Assembly (NCBI GenBank): GCA_977017575.1
Contig: CDRNVI010000019.1
Span: 576,630 to 640,629 of the forward strand
Direction: 5' to 3'
DNA: 64,000 nucleotides
DNA from: Paramoeba atlantica
Taxonomy: Eukaryota > Protista > Discosea
Shown: positions 22,021-31,693 of the stretch, piece after piece
How the letters are laid out: each line of letters starts with the position of its first letter
Position numbering within the stretch: position 1 is the first letter of the stretch
Program-made: the position numbers and the translations under genes
Notes under the pieces: generated by a model
Told to the model about the DNA's origin: nothing
Databases searched by the model: none
What the model saw: only the letters and a program-made list of their open reading frames with translations

Positions 22021-22045
22021 AAACTGTATCTTTATCGTTAAAGTT
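22021..22045 (-). other. Spliced-leader copy, nt 1-25 only
   Basis: The minus strand reads AACTTTAACGATAAAGATACAGTTT, preceded by a CRE-C poly(A). Confidence 0.8.
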
Positions 22046-22577
22046 TTTTTTTTTTTTATTCTGTTTTCTTCCGTTTCGTATTGGCGCTACCCCCCTTGTC
22101 AGGGGGATAGTAACTAACTAAGCTTACGCGTCTTTGTAAGCTGGCTATTGAATAACTAAATATTAAATTTTAGACTTGCGACAACGCTTTGCCCATTTGA
22201 GCGTTCAGAATGACACCGTTTAATTCTTGTAGATGCATTCCAAAATCTCGCACTACGGTTTCACGATCACGTCCGTTTGCATCAGCTAATGCCTTCAGAA
22301 GGGCGACACTGCTTTTGTTCATGGCTCCTCCGGCAAGCACTGATAGGCATACAAATTTTTCCCGAGGAATTAGATCGGAGTTTACATAAGTGTCCAGCTT
22401 CCTTTTTTCTGCTTCCTGCATCAGTTGGGCTCCCCGTTTGTGGATGTTTGATTTCGATAGTTCATTTGTTACCGTGAAATCATAAAATATTTCACCCGAC
22501 ACCCAAAAGATCACGAGGTCCGGGCCGCTTCGATGGAAGGATGTGGCGGAGAAACGAGAACAAGGATCAGATAACTT
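22044..22577 (-). pseudogene. CRE-C 3' end (RLE, 3' UTR, poly(A))
   Basis: HRSGPDLVIFW...YDFTV. Stop at 22170. The 3' UTR is homologous to 46695-46790. Poly(A) at 22044-22057. Confidence 0.85.
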
Positions 22578-22944
22578 TTTTAGTTCCAATACGTCGAAGT
22601 GTGATCCCGAATTCCGAATTCTGTGTAATATTTCGTATTATGATATAAAAACTAATGAGCTGATTTTTCAATTCTTTCTTTTTTTTTTTTTTTTATATGT
22701 TGGACCACATAAAACAGCATAAAACAGCATGGATGACACTTGTCCCCTCGAAACCAGCAAAGCCTCAAAGTAAAAAAGAACAGTTCCCGGATCAATTATT
22801 GTATACGCGCCAATTGTTGTCAAACGTGATGAAGAATCAATGCAGAAGTAGCAGTATCTAATATATTCGAAAGGACCTAATATATTCGAAGGCAACTAAT
22901 CAATACTTATTTGTACGGAGATATACGTGTGGTAGTGAACTCTT

Positions 22945-25900
22945 TTAGAGTCGTAAACTCCCAATCCACTTTTCATCGGTGATGTAATCTCGGAGTTGAG
23001 ACACTACCGTGTAAGCCGATAGCTTTTCAAGTTCCAGCTGAAAAGCCTCACGCACGTTTTCATATTTTCGATTCGCGCGCTGAGCCAACGCCTTTAATAG
23101 TTGTTTTGTGTCGTTGTGCAACACACCACAATCTGAGGCGGCGATGCAACGAAATGCCTCACTGTCCACACCTTTCTCTGTCACATATTTCTTGAACTTC
23201 CTTTCCTGGGCTTGCTGCAGTAGGTAGTTGCTTGTTTGTTTCTTGTAACTGTTGCAGCAAGTGTGAACCACTGTGAAATCATAGAGGACTTCTCCCATAT
23301 GGGGCCACATGATAGCGAGGTCGGGGCCAGATCGAATCCTGCGCGCCTTACATGGATGTTGGTCAGAAACCTCCGCAGAAATAGAGCATTTACACTTTGT
23401 ACAATAAAATGAGGAGTGAATTCGCGGTTCGATAACACACGGAAGTCCTGCCTTCGCGCACAAGTCAGCTAGATAGCGCACGATGTGAGAGTGTTTACGA
23501 GTGCAGTTCATACCTGAGCATCTCGAGCATCCTGCGATATGTGGAATAATACTAGAAGATGTTTCTGGACCACAGCATCCCGGGCATACGACGTTTATTG
23601 GCGCTTTCGGTAGACTTATTCCAAGTCGCATCATTAGGGTGTAGCGGAAAAGGTAAGGATTCACATAGTTATTCGTACTCTCTAAATGTAAGTTCGCTTC
23701 TTTGCTTCGGTTCAGAATGAGCTCTAAATGCGAATGTTTCTTAAGTTCTGCGACTTGCTTTTCATACTCCGTGTTTAAGTTCTTCTTCAGAAGTTTTCGT
23801 GCCACCTCTTTTCGATCCTGCATTTTCTTCTGACCTTTGTCGCTACCTTTATAACCTACCGGAGCGTTAATGGGTTTTGGGTGCTCTTCGATAGATGTTT
23901 GGGCAGCTTCAAAGAAGTACTTGTGTTTCAGAATCGTGGATGTGATACCTAAACCTCCAAATTTTTTTGGAAGTGCTGCGAGTTGCAAAGCATTGGAGTC
24001 AGCTCCGCACCACTTTTCCAAGACCTTACCCACCTCTGTGTCGAAAACCTGCGCTAAATGAAGAGTGGCATTCGGTCTGTGTACGCGGAGATGATAATCG
24101 TGTCGCGGAATTGTACAGCGTCGCAAAATGGCCAGTGAGAGGTTGCTCGGACCCATCTTTAGGAGTCTGCGGAACAGACATTTGTGTTTCTCGAGTTTTT
24201 GAAGAAGCAAACTTTCTACCACCTGGTCGGCGCCAATGTAAGCACCAAGAATCTTAATGGCATCCGTCCGAAAGTTTACCCCCAAAGATTCTAATGGAAG
24301 TGGTTGGGTAGCACAGGGAGGGGCCTTCTGGAACCACTCACATTTCCGGAAATTGATATCTAAGCTGAGATCCGCAGTTAACTCTCGTAAATGAAGAAAA
24401 GCTGCCTCAAGCGAATGAAGATTCTTAGAGCTGAGCGTCACGTCGTCTTGATAAGCTCTTATATTGACCTCGGGGTAAAGATTGGCTACTTCCATTAGAG
24501 GGCCTTGCAAGAGTGCACAAAAGTACATGGAAGAGAGAGCTGATCCTTGACGAATTCCAGATGAACTTTGTACTGTAGAATGAAGGGCATTGTTGGCAAA
24601 GAATAAAAGGTCTGAAGGGAGGCCATATTCCAAGTAGAAAAGTCGCATGAAAGGTTTAAAAATCGCATTTCCCAGAAGCGCGCGGGCGATTGCATTTCGA
24701 TTCGGTGTGTTATACGCATTGGAAAAGTCCACTGTCAGCAGTGCGTGGTCAGTTTCATAATCTTGTAGCAGCTCGTGGACTATGGATTCGCACGCGTTTT
24801 TTTGAAGGATACCTCGCTGAATCGGTGCAAAGAAATTCTTTAGCATACAGCCGTGCCGCTCTAGCAATACAGAACCGCATATCTTCAAAATTGTGTCTCC
24901 CATGGCAACTGGGCGGATGCCGTTTTGAGGCTTGGCCAGTGCAATGATTCTGCATCGAGTCAAACGGTGACGGACACTTAGCGAGACCTCCCCGTTAATC
25001 ACATCGCGGATCATATGGCATAAGGAAAGGCATGTTTCTTCGTCGTCCACCAACAACCGCATCATGCTCTCGCTGAGCCCCGTCGGACCCGGTGAAGCCC
25101 CCCGGGACAACTTTTCAGTGGCTTCCCGGATCTCTGAGTTCTCTACGACTCCGATTCGCGGAAAATTTGCTTCAGGAATTTCCAGTGGAGAACCATCCGG
25201 ATGTAGGGTCTTTAGCTTGCTTACTTTTTCCTCGGGTGATAGATTGGATTCCTTGTAGACATTATCCAGTACTCTCGTCGCTTTGCTTAAGTTCCCTGCT
25301 TTGGCTGTGATTAAAGCATTCCGTATCGAGCGTCGGTCTATCTCCAGCTCTTCACGTTGTGCTGCACTGAGGTTGGTATCGTCAGAAAGGTTTCCGTTTC
25401 GGGGCACGTGTCCCACTCTCTGATGTCTCTTTTGAGTCTGACGCACCGTGGCTAATGAATCGCGTGGTGCATTTAGGAATTTGTGCCAAATCGCTTCTTT
25501 TTCCGATTCGAGCTTAGCGCCGGGATATCCTCTGATGATTTCACGGAAAATTGCCACAACATGCACCGCAAAGGACGGATCGATTTGCGCCATCGAAGGC
25601 AGAGGTTCGAGATCATTTTGTTCATCTTGACACGAGATATTATCCGCCTGTTCCTCCAGCCTTAGTGTTGGAATCTCAACTTTCAGCAATTTTGTTGCTC
25701 GAATACTGCGGATTCTGATCTTGTGTGATTGTGGTAAGTAAAGAAAACCGCTTGGACCTTCACTCTCAGATTCTGGCTCGTACGAAATCTTTATTTTAAC
25801 TTGTCCCTTACGAGAAGTTCCGCCTACAACTGTGCCCTTTGAAATGTATGTCGTATTGCCTTGACGAAAACCCCATTCGATTACGCATTCGGTGCCCTTG

Positions 25901-26445
25901 CCCCACTTCGAAATGATGTTGTAAACGTGATCTGGAGCTTTGGAGTGTGAGTTTATCTCTTCTTGGTGTTCTTTTTCGTCCCCGCCGTCCATAGACATTT
26001 GATCGCGCATCTCCTCGTCGGTGGCCTTGGATTCGACTTCCGTATCACTTGTTAAATCTTGATCGAACTCCATTTCCAACGGTACCTCTTTTGACTTCGC
26101 TGAGGATGTCTCCATTCGAAAAGTTGTTGTTTTAATCTTGATCGTGTTTCGAGGATGGGGTTTTCGAGGCTCGACGTCGTCGTTCATACCGTGATCTGCC
26201 CAGTTTCTTGGTAATTCCTTGGGCTCGATGAATTTGATTCGTGGCTTCTTTTTCAGAGTTGCTGCTACTTTTATTTCTGGTGATGTTTGTTCACATTTTT
26301 CCTCGCATTGAAGATGAATTCTTGTAGCCTCTATATCTTTATGATTTTTTGGCTTCGAGAGCCGTCCATGATTCACTGTGGGTTCCTTCAATTTCTTCTT
26401 GACTTGTGTGGTACTTCGCGTCGGTGTCCGAGAAAGGCGTGTCAT
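22945..26445 (-). CDS. Full-length CRE-A retrotransposon protein (1166 aa; RT, CCHC, RLE)
   Basis: Intact ORF: RPVAMGD, VDFSNAYN, GIRQGS, YQDD, ILGAYIG, CPGC..H..GC, RSGPDL..YD. SL 19 nt upstream; poly(A) near 22681-22695. Confidence 0.92.
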   Translation of the reverse strand: MTRLSRTPTRSTTQVKKKLKEPTVNHGRLSKPKNHKDIEATRIHLQCEEKCEQTSPEIKVAATLKKKPRIKFIEPKELPRNWADHGMNDDVEPRKPHPRNTIKIKTTTFRMETSSAKSKEVPLEMEFDQDLTSDTEVESKATDEEMRDQMSMDGGDEKEHQEEINSHSKAPDHVYNIISKWGKGTECVIEWGFRQGNTTYISKGTVVGGTSRKGQVKIKISYEPESESEGPSGFLYLPQSHKIRIRSIRATKLLKVEIPTLRLEEQADNISCQDEQNDLEPLPSMAQIDPSFAVHVVAIFREIIRGYPGAKLESEKEAIWHKFLNAPRDSLATVRQTQKRHQRVGHVPRNGNLSDDTNLSAAQREELEIDRRSIRNALITAKAGNLSKATRVLDNVYKESNLSPEEKVSKLKTLHPDGSPLEIPEANFPRIGVVENSEIREATEKLSRGASPGPTGLSESMMRLLVDDEETCLSLCHMIRDVINGEVSLSVRHRLTRCRIIALAKPQNGIRPVAMGDTILKICGSVLLERHGCMLKNFFAPIQRGILQKNACESIVHELLQDYETDHALLTVDFSNAYNTPNRNAIARALLGNAIFKPFMRLFYLEYGLPSDLLFFANNALHSTVQSSSGIRQGSALSSMYFCALLQGPLMEVANLYPEVNIRAYQDDVTLSSKNLHSLEAAFLHLRELTADLSLDINFRKCEWFQKAPPCATQPLPLESLGVNFRTDAIKILGAYIGADQVVESLLLQKLEKHKCLFRRLLKMGPSNLSLAILRRCTIPRHDYHLRVHRPNATLHLAQVFDTEVGKVLEKWCGADSNALQLAALPKKFGGLGITSTILKHKYFFEAAQTSIEEHPKPINAPVGYKGSDKGQKKMQDRKEVARKLLKKNLNTEYEKQVAELKKHSHLELILNRSKEANLHLESTNNYVNPYLFRYTLMMRLGISLPKAPINVVCPGCCGPETSSSIIPHIAGCSRCSGMNCTRKHSHIVRYLADLCAKAGLPCVIEPRIHSSFYCTKCKCSISAEVSDQHPCKARRIRSGPDLAIMWPHMGEVLYDFTVVHTCCNSYKKQTSNYLLQQAQERKFKKYVTEKGVDSEAFRCIAASDCGVLHNDTKQLLKALAQRANRKYENVREAFQLELEKLSAYTVVSQLRDYITDEKWIGSLRL

Positions 26446-26464
26446 GAGAAAGAAAAATTAAAGA

Positions 26465-26519
26465 CAACAAGGTCAACAAGGTACAACAAGGTACAGAAAC
26501 TGTATCTTTATCGTTAAAG
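26465..26519 (-). other. SL copy (36 nt, 26484-26519) followed by two tandem SL 3'-end relics
   Basis: CTTTAACG...TACCTTGTTG + TACCTTGTTG + ACCTTGTTG, then a 19-nt UTR and the ATG. Confidence 0.88.
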
Positions 26520-27510
26520 ATCGTTGGATGTGGTTCCACATGTTTTCTGATGCTCCTGTTTTCGCTGTTCGCTCACCGCTTCGGTACATTTAAGGCATCG
26601 GTATGATGTGAATTGTCGCGGTTCACGCTCGCATGGGATCCCGGCTCGCAGACATAGATCGTATATGTGCCGAACTAGTGCATTGTGCCTTGTCGTTGCA
26701 TTTGCCCCCGTGCATTTTACACAGCCAAGTAAATGTGCCAGAGAGTGTTTAGACTCAAGGATCATCTTGCATCCAGGGCACAGAAAATTATTCGGCATGC
26801 TTCTGTGCGCGATTCCGAGTCGCGCCATTACCACCAGTGTGAATTGGGAGGATGGGATGCATCTCGTTCTGCCTTGTAGCCAGTCGTGGTTCCCCTTCTC
26901 GCTGCACGCTTTTACCAACGGTGCTACCTCCTCATTTTTCTTAGTGAGTTCCTGATATACCTTCTGATTTAACATTGCATCTGTCACGGCACCATCATCA
27001 CATACTACTTCGCTTTCCCGCATCATCTCTTCGTCATGCGTTAACCGAGCTGAGTTGATTTTACAGCGCTCTAGAGAAACGCGTTTCGAAGAATTGTAAG
27101 CAGCATTGCGAGTTTCGGCCGATGATGGTAGACCGAGTCCACCTTTCTTGACGGGCAGTCGACACCAGGAGATTTGCTGGCTTCATGTTTCTTTAACTTT
27201 TCAAGGAGTAAACTGCTCACTTTGTTGGTTTCCCCGACGAAAGCACCTAGGAGTTTTATCGCCTCATTTTCTGTCCGTAACCCTTCCGTTGTCAGACGTT
27301 CAGGCATTACCAACTTATGAAGACCGCCAAACCAGATGCACTTTTCCGGGGCCATCGAAATTTTCTTTTGTGTGAGTAGATCATTCAGTCTGAGATATGC
27401 CTGTTGCAAGAGATTTGTATCAGAAGACGCAAGGCTGATATCGTCGACATAGGCGTAGATGCGAAGAGTGGGGAATTCCTGTGCCAGAGCTCATAGCGGA
27501 AACTTTATGA
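26520..27510 (-). pseudogene. CRE-C fragment with an internal deletion
   Basis: AYVDDI, IKLLGAFVG, then a jump to the KKGGLGL region, CPGC, CLKC. Close to 47701-49365. Confidence 0.8.
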
Positions 27511-27881
27511 ATGAACTCGTGGACAATCTCCTCCACGAAAGGTTCCAGCCTCTTCGATTCACCGCGATAACGAGGATCGTAATCCTTCCTCAACAAGCCC
27601 TTAAACTTATTCGCGTCCTGCACGTAACCGAATATTTTCTTTTCTTCTCTCACATCGCTTCCAGTTAATAATCAAATCTTTTTTTTTTTTTTTTTTTTTT
27701 GGGTTGCTGTTCGTCTGTTGTAGGTGTAGATTTCGTGAATACGTTTTTTTTTTTTTTTGTAAGACCCCTGTCATTGCATTCTGCCACAATGACGGATCAG
27801 AGATAAGGCTTATATAAGGCTTGCGCGACTTTGCAAGCTGTGTAATATTTCGTATTATGATATAAAAACCAATGAGCTGAT

Positions 27882-30800
27882 TTATAGACTGAATTCCTGC
27901 GTAGCGCCTTCTTCGTTTAGGTATTTCCGAAGGTGGGAATAAACTTCTAGACCATTTAATTCCTGCACCAGTAGTTTAAATTCCTGTTCAACCCCCTGCC
28001 GGTCTAGTAAGGCGGCATCTGCTATCGCATGGATCAGACTTTGCGTGTTGCGATGTAAAGAACCTCCGGACAGAACAGGCAAGCATTGGAAGCATTCTTC
28101 TCGTATAATATTCGTCTGCACGTACGTGTTGTGTTTTCTTTTGATCGCGTCGTTGATTAGTTGGATGCATTTTTTAGACCTATTGCTCTGCGAAAGCTCG
28201 TGTATTACGGTTAAGTCATAGTATACCTCGCCGTTGTTCCAATAAATAACGAGATCCGGTCCGGATCGGCATAGCCGTCTTCCAGTGCAAACTTTCTGAT
28301 GAGTTACGTGATTGCTTGGACTAATTATATCTCCGCACTGCAGACATTTCCATGACGAGAAAGCTCTGGGTTCCTTTTCACATGGCAATCCAGCTTTGTG
28401 GCATAGTCGCTGTAGAAATGTAACAAGTGCATTGTGCTTCGCCGTTGAATTGAATCCTGAGCATTGAACGCATCCTGGGATATGTGACAGAGCATTCCGA
28501 TTGTCGAGAACAATGCCACATCCCGGGCAAAGAAGGTTGGTCGGAAGATTTTGATGTTGAGCATTTAGCCTAGGCATAACCGCAAGCTTAAATAGGTGTG
28601 ACGGTATACTTCGTACATGTGACGTGAGCCAGTCGTTGTTGCCTTTGAAAGAAGTGGCTTGAAGTATGGGCTTAAGTTCGGGATTTAGAAGCAATTCTTT
28701 CCAATCCTTTTCATGTTGAATCACGTTGGATGTTTCGTCGTCAACAGGTGTAATTTTTAGACTAGATTTCTTTGGAATGCATTTGTGTGCAGCTGTGGTG
28801 TTTGTTACAGTCCGAGCTGAAGAAGATCTTTGGCGCTCAAGAACTGAAAAACGCGAAGCAGCGTACGCATTCGCTCTATTGGGATTACTGGCTGTTAATC
28901 CGATACCCCCTTTTTTGAATGGAAGACGGATGATTTTCTTTTGATTTGATGATAACGGCCCGAACCAGGCTTCCACGACATCCTCGACTTTTTGATCAAA
29001 CTCCGCAGTAGCAGTGTCTGTGGTGTCCGCTTCGTGAACGCGCATGAGGTATTGCAGTCTAATGTTTACGCATTTAGACAGCAGCAGAAGAGAAATATTA
29101 TTTATACCCATTTTCTTTAGCCGCCTAAACCCGTCATCATGTTTGTTTACCTGTCGAAGGAGCCTTTCACTAATCGACTCGTTTTCACCTATGTGAGCAC
29201 CCAGTATCTTAATGGCATCGGATTCTGTTTTAAGACCTTGCTGTTGAAGAGACCATGGTATGGAGTTTCCTGACATTCCCTGAAACCACACACACTTCGT
29301 CTCGGCGAGACTCACCCGTTTCTGCTTGAGAAGATCTCTAAGTCGGAAAAACACCGTTTCTAATTCGTTAGGGTCTCGCGAAACCAGAGTTATATCGTCG
29401 ATGTAAGCGTTGATTTCTACACCAGGGAATTCCATGGCCAACGTTTCAAGGATCGGCTGACAAAATACACAAAAGTATAGACTTGCTAAGGCAGAACCTT
29501 GTCGTACTCCAGCGGAACTCGGTATAATGCTCGCTAAATTGCCATCAGAACCGAAATACAGCAGGTCAGAGGGTTCGGAGTATTCGGCGGTGAAGAACCT
29601 CTGGAAAGGTTTGAGTGTTGCAAATGCAAAGACGCTTTTGGCCATTTCGGTCCTTGAAGGGGTGTTAAATGCATTCCTCATGTCGACAGATAGAATCGTG
29701 TGACCGTCTCGATATCGGTCGCGTAGCTTGTGGACGATTCTTTCACACCCCGCCTGCGAAAACACCCCCTGTTGCATTGGAGAGAAAAGGGGTTCCAGCG
29801 TTTTTTCATACCTCTGCAGCAATATCAGGCCGGCTAGCTTACCAAATATTTCGCCAATCGCTACAGGCCGAACTCCTCCGTCGGGTTTTGCTATTGCAAC
29901 CAGACGGGCCCGATTAAGTCTTTGCATCACTTGGCGTGAAAGAAATCCGTTGATCAGGTCCCCCATCATGTGACACATACTCCCACAACATGGCTCGTCG
30001 TCAACCAGTAGTCTAATAACACTATCCGTTGTTCCTGTGGGACCCGGGCTGACGCCTTTCGCCAACCGTTTGCTGGCGCTGCGAATTTCGATCGGCGAAA
30101 CTGCAGCTATGATGGGTGCATCTTCGGGTGCGTCAAATTTGCTGTTTTGTTCCGGATGCAGGTCTCGCAGCTTTTGTATGGTTTCTTGGTCTGTAAGTGA
30201 CTTATTCTGAAACGAACGATCAAGTACTTTACATGCTTTGGAAACGCAGCCTTCTAAGGCAAGACGTGTTACTCTCTTGATGGCTCTTCGGTCCTCTTTC
30301 GCTACTACTTCTTCTTCCACCTTGTCGTCATTAAACGGGTCTCGTAGAGGTCTTCGGCGTCTTTGTCTGACACTGGATTGACGGACCTCTGCAAGAGACA
30401 GTTTCATAGCAGACAGAACTTGGTTCCATATTTTGTTCCTTTGCGGATAGTCGCTTTGTTGGTACGGTTGCATAATGTCTCGATATATGGCAAGTATTCG
30501 CGGAATGAAGTCTGGACTAATTGTTTTGGCCGTGGGAATCGGAAGGTGGTCAACGTCGTCGCCTTTCCAGTCACTCACATTGAAACCTAAACTGTTGAAT
30601 GTGGTATCTTCGTGTGATTGTTCGTCGCTTTCATCCAACACTGGCGGCGTTATGTGCCACCGTAGGTGAAAGATCCGTACGTTTTCTTGAGGCGGAAGGA
30701 AGCCGACGAAATATTCGCTTGCATGATGGCCTTTGATACCTCTGTACCGAAGAGTGATCTTCTTCTTGTTAGCTCTGCAATTTGTTTTTGTAACGACACC

Positions 30801-31130
30801 CTCCGATATGTTGATTTTCGTTTGCCTGTCGAAAGTCCAAGCGATAGTGCACGTCGCTCCTTTTTTTATGTGAGATAGTGATTGGATGATGTCATTGGAG
30901 GTGATGGGGAACTCTGTTTCCGGTTTTATGGCTCCGATAATGTTCTCGAAGACTTCGCCATTTATTCCATCGCAAAATGTGATCGCGGAACCTCTCTGTA
31001 TTTCGTCAGCTATGTCCACAGGAATTGGTGGTAGTGGGGTTTCAAGGGCTGCGCCGCGAGTCGGAGACTCACAGTCGTGAAATTCAACATCTTTGTCTAT
31101 AGACTCTTCTGCTCCTGTGCTCTTTTCTTT
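27882..31130 (-). CDS. Near-full-length CRE-C retrotransposon ORF (5'-truncated)
   Basis: RPVAIGE, VDMRNAFN, GVRQGS, YIDD, CPGC..H..GC, RSGPDL..YD. The frame is open upstream of 31019 with no ATG. Confidence 0.88.
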   Translation of the reverse strand, partial: KEKSTGAEESIDKDVEFHDCESPTRGAALETPLPPIPVDIADEIQRGSAITFCDGINGEVFENIIGAIKPETEFPITSNDIIQSLSHIKKGATCTIAWTFDRQTKINISEGVVTKTNCRANKKKITLRYRGIKGHHASEYFVGFLPPQENVRIFHLRWHITPPVLDESDEQSHEDTTFNSLGFNVSDWKGDDVDHLPIPTAKTISPDFIPRILAIYRDIMQPYQQSDYPQRNKIWNQVLSAMKLSLAEVRQSSVRQRRRRPLRDPFNDDKVEEEVVAKEDRRAIKRVTRLALEGCVSKACKVLDRSFQNKSLTDQETIQKLRDLHPEQNSKFDAPEDAPIIAAVSPIEIRSASKRLAKGVSPGPTGTTDSVIRLLVDDEPCCGSMCHMMGDLINGFLSRQVMQRLNRARLVAIAKPDGGVRPVAIGEIFGKLAGLILLQRYEKTLEPLFSPMQQGVFSQAGCERIVHKLRDRYRDGHTILSVDMRNAFNTPSRTEMAKSVFAFATLKPFQRFFTAEYSEPSDLLYFGSDGNLASIIPSSAGVRQGSALASLYFCVFCQPILETLAMEFPGVEINAYIDDITLVSRDPNELETVFFRLRDLLKQKRVSLAETKCVWFQGMSGNSIPWSLQQQGLKTESDAIKILGAHIGENESISERLLRQVNKHDDGFRRLKKMGINNISLLLLSKCVNIRLQYLMRVHEADTTDTATAEFDQKVEDVVEAWFGPLSSNQKKIIRLPFKKGGIGLTASNPNRANAYAASRFSVLERQRSSSARTVTNTTAAHKCIPKKSSLKITPVDDETSNVIQHEKDWKELLLNPELKPILQATSFKGNNDWLTSHVRSIPSHLFKLAVMPRLNAQHQNLPTNLLCPGCGIVLDNRNALSHIPGCVQCSGFNSTAKHNALVTFLQRLCHKAGLPCEKEPRAFSSWKCLQCGDIISPSNHVTHQKVCTGRRLCRSGPDLVIYWNNGEVYYDLTVIHELSQSNRSKKCIQLINDAIKRKHNTYVQTNIIREECFQCLPVLSGGSLHRNTQSLIHAIADAALLDRQGVEQEFKLLVQELNGLEVYSHLRKYLNEEGATQEFSL

Positions 31131-31693
31131 TTTTTTTACAGACTATGCGATATGAAGGAACAATGGCAGGTCCATTAAAAACGTACTGTTGCATTTTTTT
31201 TTTTTTTTTTTTTTTTTTCAATCCGTATACTTTTATGTTTTTTTACGTGTACGCTTCGATTACCTTCACAAGATCTATTAATGAAAATAATTTTTTTTTT
31301 GCCACAACTCAAGTGGACAATACGCTACATACCTTTTGTTACTTCATCAAGTCGTAGTTTCTTAAATTCAATTTATAGAATGTTGTTTATACATAAAATA
31401 TCTTATAAAGAGGAAAAAATATAAATAAATAAATAGAGGAAATACTAAATAAAGAGGAAATATCTTATAAAATATCTTTTTTTTTTTTTTTTTTATTCTA
31501 TTAGAATTTCCCTGAGTTGGTGATCTCAGGCTACTATTGAAAAGGGAATGTTATGGTCTTTCGGTTTTATATAACAATATCTTCATATAGTCGAACGTGT
31601 ACGAGCTGCCGTCATATGTTAAGAATTTGGGTTTTCTCAAATACCCGTAAATTTAGATTACAAATTTTACTTTAAAGAGACTTTAAATATATC

